DNA of 64,000 nt from an uncultured Gammaproteobacteria bacterium. GTDB lineage: Bacteria > Patescibacteriota > Patescibacteriia > Magasanikbacterales > GCA-002688135. The stretch is from contig CAZUUO010000001.1 in the NCBI GenBank assembly GCA_964622665.1, positions 6,666-70,665 of the forward strand, given 5' to 3'. The position numbers and the translations under genes are program-made. Shown one piece after another: positions 10,147-19,277 of the stretch (its first letter is position 1; every line of letters starts with the position of its first letter). The notes beneath the pieces were generated by a model that was not told the origin of the DNA, made no database searches, and saw only the letters and a program-made list of their open reading frames with translations.

Positions 10147-10548
10147 ATGGCAAGAAAAAGAACTAGTGGTAGTAAACTAATCAGCAATCCCAAGTTCGGT
10201 CTCAATGACCTTTGGAAACGTCGCTCTAAAGGTGAACCAAATAGCACCAAAAATATCAAAGTAACGATGCACCGAGGAATACTTGGTAAACCAGGAAGAA
10301 TATTTCTTGATCTGCAAGATCGTCTCTGGTATGTCCCCATTACCGTAGATCGTGATGGTGATCCAAAGCCTCATGTTGATTACCCCCTGCAACTTCACTT
10401 TGACGAACAGGGCGAAGTAATCAAAGGTGTCGTGCTACATCCTTACTATGACCCCAACATTCCCGTTGATGATGCAACTGCTGCACTCGGTCAAGCACTC
10501 GGTCTAAGTCCCGCAAACGCAGGACTGAACGAGCCCTACGAAACCTAG
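10147..10548 (+). CDS. hypothetical protein (about 133 aa)
   Basis: AGGAG Shine-Dalgarno sequence 6 nt upstream of the ATG at 10147. The track start at 10141 is a TTG. A perfect hairpin terminator (acgaatc-cacgc-gattcgt plus T-run) lies at 10548-10575. Confidence 0.4.
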   Translation: MARKRTSGSKLISNPKFGLNDLWKRRSKGEPNSTKNIKVTMHRGILGKPGRIFLDLQDRLWYVPITVDRDGDPKPHVDYPLQLHFDEQGEVIKGVVLHPYYDPNIPVDDATAALGQALGLSPANAGLNEPYET

Positions 10549-10571
10549 ACGAATCCACGCGATTCGTTTTT

Positions 10572-10757
10572 TTATTTCTTACCACGAAATAATTTTTTTA
10601 TAAGTGCGATAATCCCGTATCCCATCGTTGCAATCGTTACCATAATTCCAATCCATACCATCAGTAATGCAGGTAGCATCACCAAGTGCGTAGGAATATA
10701 CAGCGGTGAAGATTCCTCAATTAACAAATCGGCCATTTTAATGATAGCTAGCCCCAC
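10572..10757 (-). CDS. small hydrophobic membrane protein (61 aa)
   Basis: Two predicted TM helices. It sits distal to the copper operon. Confidence 0.3.
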   Translation of the reverse strand: MGLAIIKMADLLIEESSPLYIPTHLVMLPALLMVWIGIMVTIATMGYGIIALIKKLFRGKK

Positions 10758-10811
10758 AAAAGTAATAAGTGGCCCACTGTAATACTAGTATGTTTTGATA
10801 TGCATATATTG

Positions 10812-11198
10812 TTATTGAAAGTTTATTGCAAAGTTATACATTCCCATCGAACACGTTCCTTGCAAAACCGTTCCTGACTTTTGAGGTGGAATTGCTATGT
10901 TGGTTACACCACTCGGTGGAAGATTGGTGCGATATCCAATACTTGGTATTACTAAAGCCGATGAACAATCAAAGGTGCCGCGCGTAGTTACTTGCAACAC
11001 CGTTTCCGTATTAGCTTTTGCAACACTGTTACTTGGTGAATATCCTCCTTTTGCAGTAACAGCAACTACTTGTGCACCATTTTCTATGCGCACATTACTA
11101 TTTCCCGCAATTTCTTTTTCAATACCACCGGTACCCAAAAATAATATTCCAATTCCTATAATAAATGCACAGATAAATATCGCCGCAATAATTTTCAT
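10812..11198 (-). CDS. small secreted/membrane-anchored Cys/Met-containing protein, last gene of the copper operon
   Basis: N-terminal signal/TM segment and a C-terminal 'GTCSMGMY' motif. It lies 3 nt downstream of the HMA-permease gene. A metal-related role is inferred from operon context only. Confidence 0.35.
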   Translation of the reverse strand: MKIIAAIFICAFIIGIGILFLGTGGIEKEIAGNSNVRIENGAQVVAVTAKGGYSPSNSVAKANTETVLQVTTRGTFDCSSALVIPSIGYRTNLPPSGVTNIAIPPQKSGTVLQGTCSMGMYNFAINFQ

Positions 11199-11201
11199 AG
11201 A

Positions 11202-12212
11202 TTATAAGGTAAAGAATGGTCGTATTAATCCTGCCGCCACCAAACTATTAATAAGATTAAACACTCCAAAGAATAGTACCACAATGCCAGCTGTTTTATA
11301 AAATACCCCCGATCGTTTACTGCTGGTAATTTTAGAAGAACCAAAACTTAAGAGAGCGAGTACTGGTAGTGTACCGAGTGCAAAGAAAAACATTATCATT
11401 CCACCATTCCAAAAACTTCCCGCACTCAATGTGTATATTTGCATGGATTGCGTAAAGCCACAGGGCATGAAAAATGTTGCAGCCCCAAGCAATAAGGGCA
11501 TCACCCCACTTTGCCAATTTTTTAGTGCATTAATTCCCTTTCCTAAAAAATTCGGCAATGAGAATTGTAATTTTTTCGTTGGAAAAATATCGAGTAAATT
11601 AATCCCCAATACCAACAATACACTCGCAACCAAGAGCCCAATGACCAAAGTACCAATTCTTCCCAATTGAAAGGTAGTACCAATCGCTCCTATCACTCCC
11701 CCCAACACAAAAAATCCAATTAACCGACTCACATGAAAAATTACATGAGGACGTATTGATGATTTTTGTTTTGCATAATTTGCTGATAGCGATAAAACCA
11801 AACCACCAACTACCGCCATACATGATGATAATGACGCGATCACTCCAATAATAAACGCGCTACCATATCCCACCTCTGAACTCGTAATAAGATTTACAAT
11901 TCCTAATTTCTGCAACGCAATAAATAATCCAATACCAAGCATTGCAAATGGAATTGCATATTGAAACTCATGCCATGCAATCTTTTTTTGCGTTTGCTCG
12001 ATACTCAATGAATGTTGTGACAACAAGGGAATCAACTCACGCATTATTTCTTCTTTACTTTTTTCTCCAAATTCACCCGTCACCTCAACACTCGTTGAAG
12101 ATAACTGTGATTTTACATTCGTTACTAATGGATGTTCGTGCAATTCTGTTTCCGTAAGTAACACACACGCATTACAATGCATGCCCGTTACAAAGTAGGT
12201 ATACGATTTCAT
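11202..12212 (-). CDS. fusion of heavy-metal-associated (HMA) domain and TauE/CcdA-like permease
   Basis: N-terminal HMA metal-binding motif 'GMHCNACV'. A polytopic membrane domain of about 260 aa with 'FMPCGF' follows. It lies 1 nt after the copA stop. Confidence 0.55.
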   Translation of the reverse strand: MKSYTYFVTGMHCNACVLLTETELHEHPLVTNVKSQLSSTSVEVTGEFGEKSKEEIMRELIPLLSQHSLSIEQTQKKIAWHEFQYAIPFAMLGIGLFIALQKLGIVNLITSSEVGYGSAFIIGVIASLSSCMAVVGGLVLSLSANYAKQKSSIRPHVIFHVSRLIGFFVLGGVIGAIGTTFQLGRIGTLVIGLLVASVLLVLGINLLDIFPTKKLQFSLPNFLGKGINALKNWQSGVMPLLLGAATFFMPCGFTQSMQIYTLSAGSFWNGGMIMFFFALGTLPVLALLSFGSSKITSSKRSGVFYKTAGIVVLFFGVFNLINSLVAAGLIRPFFTL

Positions 12213-12213
12213 A

Positions 12214-14472
12214 TTATAGTTTTTTTCCTTTGATTCTTAATGAATTAGAAACCACGGAGACTGATGACATTGCCATTGCAAATCCCGCAAACACCGGATT
12301 CAACAACCAACCAAAGAAAGGATACAATGCACCCGCAGCAAGTGGAATACCTACAACATTATAGATGAATGCCCAGAATAAATTTTGCTTGATTCCGCGC
12401 ATCGTCATTTTTGAGAGTTTAATTGCTTTTACTAACTTTGAAATGTCTCCACCTAACAATGTAATACCCGCAGATTCTATCGCTACATCAGTACCCGTAC
12501 CCATAGCAATTCCTACATCAGCAGCCGCGAGTGCTGGCGCATCATTAACACCATCACCTGCCATCGCAACAATCTTACCGTGAGATTGTAAATCTTTTAT
12601 CTTAGCCAATTTATCTTGCGGTAATACATGTGCAACTACATCATCAATACCAACTAATGAAGCAATATATTTTGCCGTCATTTCATCATCACCAGTCAAC
12701 ATCACCACTTCAATTCCCAAATTATGCAGATCAGCAACCGCTTGCCTTGATTCAGGTTTTATTTCATCTGCAACCATCATGAATCCAAGGAATGTATCCT
12801 TAGTACTTACTAATACCGGAGTTTTTCCTTGCATGGTGAATTTTTTTATCCGCTTTTGATCAAAGGTAACACCTAGATCTTCTACCAATGTGGTATTACC
12901 TACAAAATATTCTACGCCCTCAACACTTCCTTTCAATCCTTTTCCTTGTATGATTGAAAAATCAGAAGGTTTTTTCAGTGAGATATTTTTATTTTTTGCA
13001 TACCGCACAATAGCATGCGCGATCGGATGTTCTGACTTATTTTCGAGTGACGCAACAATACTTACTAATTCCTCCTCACGTATCTTTGATTCATTTTGAA
13101 TATCAACAACCGTGGGTTTTCCAACGGTGATGGTTCCTGTTTTATCAACCACTACAGTATTTACTTTGTGTAAATGTTCCAGTGATGCTGCATCTTTTAT
13201 CAAAATACCATTTCGTGCACCTTTCCCAACACCCACAATAATTGCGGTTGGTGTTGCAAGACCCAATGCACAAGGACATGCAATTACCAACACACTCACA
13301 AATGAGAGAATACCTAAGGATAATGCCTGTGAAGATCCAATAAACAACGGCCCAATACTAATCCAAGCCAACAGAGAACCGAATGCAATTACTAATACCA
13401 CCGGCACAAATATACTTGATACTTTATCTGCCAATGCTTCAATAGGTGCTTTACTACCCTGTGCATCTTCCACCATCTTTATAATTTGTGAAAGCAATGT
13501 TTCTTTTCCAACTTTTTTTGCTTCGATAATACACGAGCCTGTGGTATTCATAGTACCTGCCACCACCCCGTCACCCATCTTTTTTTCAACCGGAATTGGT
13601 TCACCGGTAATCATGGATTCATCAACATATGAACTACCTTCTGCAATTGTTCCATCAACCGGGATTTTACTTCCTGGCTTGATTACTACCAAATCCCCTA
13701 ATACTACTTGCTCAATGGTAACTTCCAGTTCTACACCATCTCTTACAACTAACGCCGTCTTCGCTTGAAGGTTTAATAATTTTTCAATCGCGTCGCCAGT
13801 TTTTTTCTTTGAACGTGCTTCTAAATATTTTCCGAGTGTTATAAAACCAATCACCACAATGGTCACATCAAAGTATGTGTATTCAGGGACACGCAACAGA
13901 GTTCCAATAGATGGTAGTAACGTCACGATCATGCTGTAGGTATACGCAACCAACGTGCCAATACCGATAAGTGTGTCCATGTTTGCGACTCTATATTGTA
14001 TAAATCGCACCACACCCAACAAATATGACTTACCCACCCAAAATAACATCACCGTCGCCAAGACCATGGAAATAGTATTAAACAGTGTCATTGGAATAGG
14101 AAGATTGGGCATCCACGACATTGTGCGCGCTAGAATATCCCACATCATGAACACAAACACCGTGATCGTGATTGGTATACTAAACTCAGTTTTATTTTTG
14201 AGTTCATCCGATTCCTCCTCCCTTGTTTCCGTATGATTGTGTGATGAATTCATTTCTTTCTCATCTAATACCAATGAATAACCCAATTCATTTATTTTTT
14301 TATTCATGGTTGCAAGAGTCACCTTTTCCTCATCGTAGTCAATTTTTGCTTTTTCATTTGCATAATTAACTGAAACTGCATTGACATGAGGCAGTGCTGA
14401 AAGTTTCTTGGTAATGATCGATGCACAACTCGCACAATGCATTCCTTTTACCGTAATATTTTTAGTTGCCAT
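12214..14472 (-). CDS. copA: copper-translocating P1B-type ATPase
   Basis: N-terminal HMA 'GMHCASCA', the transmembrane 'CPC' motif ('[10 protein letters not shown]'), phosphorylation site 'DKTGTIT' and hinge '[10 protein letters not shown]'. 752 aa. Confidence 0.9.
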   Translation of the reverse strand: MATKNITVKGMHCASCASIITKKLSALPHVNAVSVNYANEKAKIDYDEEKVTLATMNKKINELGYSLVLDEKEMNSSHNHTETREEESDELKNKTEFSIPITITVFVFMMWDILARTMSWMPNLPIPMTLFNTISMVLATVMLFWVGKSYLLGVVRFIQYRVANMDTLIGIGTLVAYTYSMIVTLLPSIGTLLRVPEYTYFDVTIVVIGFITLGKYLEARSKKKTGDAIEKLLNLQAKTALVVRDGVELEVTIEQVVLGDLVVIKPGSKIPVDGTIAEGSSYVDESMITGEPIPVEKKMGDGVVAGTMNTTGSCIIEAKKVGKETLLSQIIKMVEDAQGSKAPIEALADKVSSIFVPVVLVIAFGSLLAWISIGPLFIGSSQALSLGILSFVSVLVIACPCALGLATPTAIIVGVGKGARNGILIKDAASLEHLHKVNTVVVDKTGTITVGKPTVVDIQNESKIREEELVSIVASLENKSEHPIAHAIVRYAKNKNISLKKPSDFSIIQGKGLKGSVEGVEYFVGNTTLVEDLGVTFDQKRIKKFTMQGKTPVLVSTKDTFLGFMMVADEIKPESRQAVADLHNLGIEVVMLTGDDEMTAKYIASLVGIDDVVAHVLPQDKLAKIKDLQSHGKIVAMAGDGVNDAPALAAADVGIAMGTGTDVAIESAGITLLGGDISKLVKAIKLSKMTMRGIKQNLFWAFIYNVVGIPLAAGALYPFFGWLLNPVFAGFAMAMSSVSVVSNSLRIKGKKL

Positions 14473-14475
14473 ATG

Positions 14476-15036
14476 TTATTTGTTGTACCAGGTGCTTCTT
14501 AAATTTTTGAGCGTTTGTAGGCCATTTGAAAGAAATGCTTCAACTGCATCAGCATTATCCAATATTTCAGCACGACTTGATTTCAATCGTGTTTCTTTGG
14601 TCATAACAATACCCGCTTCATGATGCGCGATGATAGCGTTTAAAAAACGTAAATCAAAGGTGTCGCCGGCAGGTCCAAGATTTGCAACCTGAGGATCGCG
14701 CACGGTTTTAGTATCTCCATACCATTCTTTTTTCCACGCGTACAATTCAGCAATCGCTTTGGGTTCATCTTGCAAAATATTTTGTGAAAGCGTCTTTAAA
14801 TCAGGGCGTGTGGTATTTTTGCCAAGTTGCTCAGCCAACAACATAGCACCCCGATGATGTGCGATCATCGCGTTTATATATCGTAAATCAAACGTTCTAT
14901 CTGCTTGTCCTAAACTCATCGTATTTTTTTCGTACATGGAAACTTTGTATTCGGGTGTTAGATAATATCCAAAACTAACTCCTAATACACCGACTACAAT
15001 CATTAAACTCAAAGCTACGTATACTGAAATTTTCAT
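14476..15036 (-). CDS. DUF305-domain protein (copper-resistance-associated, secreted)
   Basis: N-terminal TM/signal segment and two repeats of the DUF305 signature ('DLRYINAMIAHHRGA' and 'DLRFLNAIIAHHEAG'). Confidence 0.7.
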   Translation of the reverse strand: MKISVYVALSLMIVVGVLGVSFGYYLTPEYKVSMYEKNTMSLGQADRTFDLRYINAMIAHHRGAMLLAEQLGKNTTRPDLKTLSQNILQDEPKAIAELYAWKKEWYGDTKTVRDPQVANLGPAGDTFDLRFLNAIIAHHEAGIVMTKETRLKSSRAEILDNADAVEAFLSNGLQTLKNLRSTWYNK

Positions 15037-15037
15037 A

Positions 15038-15313
15038 TTATTTTCTTTTTAATTTATAAACTTTTAAAATTTCACCTTTTGCTTTTTCTGTTTGTCCTGA
15101 TTTTATTTGATGGATGATGCAGGTTCCCAGATGACCTTCAAGTAAAATATCTTCAACCCCTGACAATCCTTGTTTGACCGCCGATGTTTGCGTGATAACA
15201 TCAATGCAATAGCTATCTTCTTCTATCATTTTTTGCAGACCGCGTATTTGCCCTTCAATAAGCTTCAATCGCCGGATTACTTTTTCTTTGTGATTGGTAT
15301 GATTGTGTTCCAT
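15038..15313 (-). CDS. csoR: CsoR/RcnR-family metal-sensing transcriptional repressor
   Basis: 91 aa all-alpha protein with the conserved 'RL.RIEGQ.RG' region ('RRLKLIEGQIRGLQKMIEED') and a C..H..C-type metal site ('YCIDVITQ... HLGTC'). It is the first gene of the copper operon. Confidence 0.8.
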   Translation of the reverse strand: MEHNHTNHKEKVIRRLKLIEGQIRGLQKMIEEDSYCIDVITQTSAVKQGLSGVEDILLEGHLGTCIIHQIKSGQTEKAKGEILKVYKLKRK

Positions 15314-15326
15314 ATGTTTTTATTAT

Positions 15327-15346
15327 ATACCCCCTAGGGGGTATAT
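15327..15346. promoter_or_regulatory. perfect 20-bp palindrome TATACCCCCTAGGGGGTATA; predicted CsoR operator overlapping the -10 box (TATAAT on the minus strand) of the csoR-copA operon
   Basis: A GC-rich inverted repeat of the TACCC...GGGTA type characteristic of CsoR operators. It lies 14 nt upstream of the csoR start, and the right half contributes the TATAAT. Confidence 0.55.
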
Positions 15347-15476
15347 GCAAGTTCATAAAAAATTCAATAAAATATTGACAAAATCGCTTTTTTCTGATAT
15401 GCTTTCCCCACTTCGTATCTGCGCCATGGTGGCGTTTATCGCGAAGTAAGACTTTCACAAACTCAGAGGAGTTAGC

Positions 15477-16343
15477 ATGAAAGCAATCAACATCATCGTT
15501 CTTTTGATAATTGTATTTGCAGGATGTAGTAAAAAAATTCCACAACACAACCGTGCTCCAGAGCAAGTGGTCGAAATGACCAATGGCATTGATCGTGCCA
15601 TTATCATGCGTGATAAATATATGAGTGTACTTCCCCTCAGTGACCTCCCTCACGGAAATGAGTACACGAAGTCATATTTTGATAAGCTGAAGAAACGCAA
15701 GCAAACAGTCATTGCGTGGTTGCAGCAAAATCCCGTGACCATTATGTTCATCGGGCAGATGCACATTGATTTGACGGGTGATAATACAACAGAGTCAATG
15801 CAGTCTGTTGAAAAGTCGCAACAATGGGTTTACGAACAACTTGAAAAAGTTGCATCAAAAATCCAACTCATTACGTTTGAAGAACCTGGTAACACAGAAG
15901 TGGTCACCCCTTATGTCATGCAAAAACACGTGCTTGATGAGCTTGCATATGTGAAACCATTCATCGGTGATTTTCCTACCCCATCAACCGATGAGGTTTG
16001 GAAAACACTCCAAGAAGATGGAGATGGCGTACTTCAATTCATGCGTACACCCACCAATCCTCCCATCTACTTTGGCGAGGAGTGGCCGTGCTCTCTTGAA
16101 TCAAATCTCCTAATGATAGTAAACCAACTCCCACAGGGAGAACCACAAATCGCCGCCGAATCATTCATCAACGATTTCAACCATTTGCGTTCAGAGATTA
16201 TCGTGATTCGTACCCTTGAATTTCTCATGGAAAGAAATGGAAAACATGCTGCCATTGTGCAAGGCGCATGGCACACCGACGACATGATTCGTATCGCTCC
16301 TGAATACGGTTTTACGTTGGACCTCGCGTCTAACGTGAAGTAA
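15477..16343 (+). CDS. hypothetical lipoprotein
   Basis: Lipobox-like N-terminus ('LLIIVFAGCSK'). A possible sigma-70 promoter (TTGACA, 17 nt, TATGCT) lies at about 15375-15404. Confidence 0.4.
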   Translation: MKAINIIVLLIIVFAGCSKKIPQHNRAPEQVVEMTNGIDRAIIMRDKYMSVLPLSDLPHGNEYTKSYFDKLKKRKQTVIAWLQQNPVTIMFIGQMHIDLTGDNTTESMQSVEKSQQWVYEQLEKVASKIQLITFEEPGNTEVVTPYVMQKHVLDELAYVKPFIGDFPTPSTDEVWKTLQEDGDGVLQFMRTPTNPPIYFGEEWPCSLESNLLMIVNQLPQGEPQIAAESFINDFNHLRSEIIVIRTLEFLMERNGKHAAIVQGAWHTDDMIRIAPEYGFTLDLASNVK

Positions 16344-16404
16344 CCGATAAACGACCCACGATGGGCCGTTTTTTTATTATTTAATTACAGTATCATTATG
16401 CAAC

Positions 16405-16460
16405 AAAAAACCGCCACACGCGTGACGGTTTTTCATTATGTTGCATTTTCTATTTACGAA
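16405..16460. repeat. about 55-nt repeated intergenic element, copy A (A-run, CGCCAC-N4-GTGACG hairpin, T-run, then TTATGYTGCATTTTCTATTT)
   Basis: Near-identical copies lie at 17195-17250 and, hairpin half only, at 18172-18209. All are immediately 3' of minus-strand transcription units (glsB-like, PPase, tRNA-Asn). Confidence 0.45.
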
Positions 16461-16698
16461 TCATTTTTACCACACTTATACATATCACCGCGCCAAATAA
16501 CGCCACCAAGAAACTGTAGATATTGAATCCGGTGACAGGGTACTTCCCAATCATACTCATAATCCAACCACCGATAGCAGCCCCAACAATACCTACCACG
16601 ATGTTGAGTACCATTCCTTGTGATTTATCCGTATTCATCACCAACGACGCAACCCAACCAACAATTCCCCCAAATATAACCCAAAGAAAAAATCCCAT
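16450..16698 (-). CDS. GlsB/YeaQ/YmgE-family transglycosylase-associated small membrane protein
   Basis: 82 aa with the characteristic 'GGIVGWVASLVM' glycine-zipper TM pattern. Confidence 0.7.
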   Translation of the reverse strand: MGFFLWVIFGGIVGWVASLVMNTDKSQGMVLNIVVGIVGAAIGGWIMSMIGKYPVTGFNIYSFLVALFGAVICISVVKMIRK

Positions 16699-16749
16699 AT
16701 TATTACCCGTTATAATATCTAATTATCCACAAAAACTTTTCCAAATTTC

Positions 16750-17058
16750 CTATGATATTTTTTCTTTCATAGTAACCCATCGAGCTTTTAAGGTTTCAAT
16801 GATGTCATCTTTGTAATCTTGCAGATCTTCTTTTCCCTCAAGATATTCATCTACTAACCGGTCAATTGTTTGGTTATAAGATTCACGCGTCACTTCAGCC
16901 ATTTCACCCAATTTTTCTTCCACAATACTGTATATGTGCGCAATATCTCTTTCTGCCGACTTTTGTAACGAGCGTCCTTTTCGTGCTTTCACAAAAAGTA
17001 ATGCAGCACCTACTGCGATAGCCCCCCAGGCTATTGTTTTTCCGAATCCTTTTTTCAT
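16750..17058 (-). CDS. hypothetical membrane-anchored protein (YtxH-like)
   Basis: N-terminal TM ('TIAWGAIAVGAALLFV') then a charged helical domain. The start is probably the ATG at 17058 ('MKKGFGK'), not the track start at 17085. Confidence 0.35.
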   Translation of the reverse strand: MKKGFGKTIAWGAIAVGAALLFVKARKGRSLQKSAERDIAHIYSIVEEKLGEMAEVTRESYNQTIDRLVDEYLEGKEDLQDYKDDIIETLKARWVTMKEKIS

Positions 17059-17194
17059 AGTGGTGCAGGGTTGAGAGACGCACAAAAGTATGTCTTACAC
17101 TATCAATGGTAGTCCTTACTGAGCATTTGTCAAAGATTCTGACGCGTATTTTTTTACTAGTTCCCGTAATGTTTGTATTTGCTGGGTATAAACA

Positions 17195-17250
17195 AAAAAT
17201 CGCCACTTTCGTGACGAGTTTTTATTATGCTGCATTTTCTATTTGCCAGT
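17195..17250. repeat. repeated intergenic element, copy B
   Basis: aacaaaaaatcgccactttcgtgacgagtttttattatgctgcattttctatttgcc matches copy A at more than 85% identity. Confidence 0.45.
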
Positions 17251-17278
17251 ATGTCTGCCTTTACGTGAAATGACGTTT

Positions 17279-17629
17279 TTAATTACGTACGACCCTACCG
17301 GAAAAAAACTGTTCCTGAAAATAAGTCGCAGCAATAATTTGCTCATCGGTTAGCAATGGATCATCAGTAACTACCAATTTGTCATCATCGTCGTCATCAC
17401 GATGTATAACAGCAATACAAAACCCAAAAAATTCAGACATCGGCTCAGTTGGACCAATCACATATGCATCAATAGGCTCACCATCAGGCGCAACCGTATT
17501 TGGAATATAGCCATAATTGATAGGATAGATATATCCATATTTTGGATGTTGTGACCCAAGAGGTCGTTCAATTACCACGTGTACTTTTTGACCAATGTAA
17601 CGATGTGAGTAGTCAGCACTTGATTCCAT
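17279..17629 (-). CDS. short family-I inorganic pyrophosphatase-like protein (116 aa)
   Basis: Matches the PPase core 'YPxNYGxIPxT...DGDPxDxxV' ('YPINYGYIPNTVAPDGEPIDAYVIG') and an Asp-rich segment. It appears to lack about 50 N-terminal residues of canonical PPases. Confidence 0.55.
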   Translation of the reverse strand: MESSADYSHRYIGQKVHVVIERPLGSQHPKYGYIYPINYGYIPNTVAPDGEPIDAYVIGPTEPMSEFFGFCIAVIHRDDDDDDKLVVTDDPLLTDEQIIAATYFQEQFFSGRVVRN

Positions 17630-17701
17630 AGTAGATACAGTATTTCAAAATAAATATCATTACGCAATAAAAAAAGTGAGCCCATGGCTCACACTCCTAT
17701 A

Positions 17702-18100
17702 TTACAAATACTCGTCTATGAATTTCCTGATCGCAATTCGCCCACCGTCTGTCAAATAATATGAAAGAACGTGTTGTATTGGAACCCAATCAAATCCCTG
17801 ACCTTCTCCCAGTACAAAATCGCTCTTTTCCTGATTATTTTTTGTTAAAAAAATATGATAGTCTGGTTTTTCAGGTCGTTTGATTGCAAATAAGAACTCA
17901 ACATGTGAAGCAGACACCCTTACACCCAATTCTTCGTAAAGCTCACGAATCAGTGCTTCTATTGGTTCCTCACCTTCCTCATTATGACCACCAAACAATC
18001 CCCATTTCCCATTGTACGGTGCGTGTTCATCACGATGCTGCATCAGTACTGATTTTCTTTCCTCACTATAGATAATCGCGGAAACAATAAAATTGTTCAT
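17702..18100 (-). CDS. NUDIX hydrolase
   Basis: Nudix box 'GGHNEEGEEPIEALIRELYEELGV' (Gx5Ex7REUxEExGU). Confidence 0.75.
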   Translation of the reverse strand: MNNFIVSAIIYSEERKSVLMQHRDEHAPYNGKWGLFGGHNEEGEEPIEALIRELYEELGVRVSASHVEFLFAIKRPEKPDYHIFLTKNNQEKSDFVLGEGQGFDWVPIQHVLSYYLTDGGRIAIRKFIDEYL

Positions 18101-18171
18101 GCATTCCTCCTAATTCATAGGAAAGCATATTGGTAAACTATCACACCCCTCACAAATACTCAATAATCAGC

Positions 18172-18209
18172 GACAAAAACAAAAAATCGCCACTTTCGTG
18201 ACGACTTTT
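18172..18209. repeat. repeated intergenic element, copy C (hairpin/terminator half only), abutting the 3' end of tRNA-Asn
   Basis: aaaaaatcgccactttcgtgacgacttttt is identical to the copy B hairpin. The tRNA follows directly. Confidence 0.4.
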
Positions 18210-18284
18210 TGGCTCTGAGGGTGGGGATCGAACCCACGACCAATACGTTAACAGCGTACTGCTCTGCCGCTGAGCTACCTCAGA
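18210..18284 (-). tRNA. tRNA-Asn (anticodon GUU)
   Basis: The reverse complement folds as a 75-nt cloverleaf: acceptor TCTGAGG/CCTCAGA, D-arm GCTC-AGCGGCA-GAGC, anticodon stem-loop GTACG-CTGTTAA-CGTAT, T-arm GTGGG-TTCGATC-CCCAC, discriminator G and an encoded CCA. Confidence 0.85.
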
Positions 18285-18392
18285 ATATCTCCCTTTTGGG
18301 GATGTCCCTATAATACAAAGTAGCCGTTTCTCTGTCAACTTACATTTCCACAACATTATTCCCCTTTAAAAATGCAAATTCCAATTGTTTTC

Positions 18393-19235
18393 CTACTTCT
18401 CTTGCTCTTCTTGTTGTTCCATCACCCCGGTATTGTCTGTAATGACCTCTAGAATCCTTTCTTCGTCTGGATGTTCACCTTCCAATAAACTTGGATCAAA
18501 AAATATGGCATGTCCATAGATTACCTTAAACAACTCACCTCTTTCCTTACTCGCCACATCTTTTTCATCAAAGAGATTTCGAATCAATTGTTTATTTGTT
18601 TTATATGCTAATGAATTTTGATATTCACGTTGTCTCTCTGTGATTTTTTCATTTGCCTCATGGTTTCCCAGATACATCTCATACACAGACCTATCCCTGG
18701 TAATGGAACTGCTTTTCTCAACAATTGCTCCTTCAAAACCTCGAAGATCCTCCTCCATTTTTTTAATTTTTTCGCGGTTTAGTAATCCCGGAATTCCCCA
18801 AAAACCCTTCAATACCTTTATTTGTTTTTTTAGCTCGATAACTTTTTCATTCCAATGTTTCACATCTGCCTTTTCTCTTTCATGTCTACGAATTAAATCA
18901 GTATTGACATATTCCCATTGCCCCTTAGGTAACTCAAGCTCCTCTTGAGCGCGTACTTCATTAATTTGCGCCTGTAGTCTTTCAATTTTCTCGTCCAAAC
19001 GTTGTAATTTTTTTATATCATCAAACGCCATTTTTTTCTTTAATTCCCTAATTTTTTCGTATACTTCAAAAGAACTCCCTCCGAGTCTTTCCTTATGTTT
19101 CGCGATCCAATCATGGACACTTTCAGGATCCCACAAATATATTATTTCTTCCACATCAGATTCAGTAAACCCTTCTTTTTGTGGAAGCATTACATTATCT
19201 TTTATTACACCAACCTTCTCTCCTCTTTTGTCCAT
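18393..19235 (-). CDS. hypothetical coiled-coil protein (280 aa); third gene of the Pif1-associated module
   Basis: Highly charged K/E-rich heptad-like sequence in the central region with no catalytic motif seen. It lies 42 nt downstream of the Pif1-like gene. Confidence 0.4.
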   Translation of the reverse strand: MDKRGEKVGVIKDNVMLPQKEGFTESDVEEIIYLWDPESVHDWIAKHKERLGGSSFEVYEKIRELKKKMAFDDIKKLQRLDEKIERLQAQINEVRAQEELELPKGQWEYVNTDLIRRHEREKADVKHWNEKVIELKKQIKVLKGFWGIPGLLNREKIKKMEEDLRGFEGAIVEKSSSITRDRSVYEMYLGNHEANEKITERQREYQNSLAYKTNKQLIRNLFDEKDVASKERGELFKVIYGHAIFFDPSLLEGEHPDEERILEVITDNTGVMEQQEEQEK

Positions 19236-19277
19236 ATTTTTTGTATTGCAGATATACTTGGCATTAGTATACCATAT

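Noticed and set aside
12365-14236. Several 70-218-aa plus-strand ORFs inside copA (e.g. 13112..13768)
   Set aside because: They are antisense or out-of-frame shadows of a well-supported 752-aa CopA with all P-type ATPase motifs in register.
18150-18356. 68-aa minus-strand ORF overlapping the tRNA-Asn gene
   Set aside because: It is entirely explained by the tRNA and flanking terminator repeat. It has no RBS, and its GC-rich codons come from the tRNA sequence.
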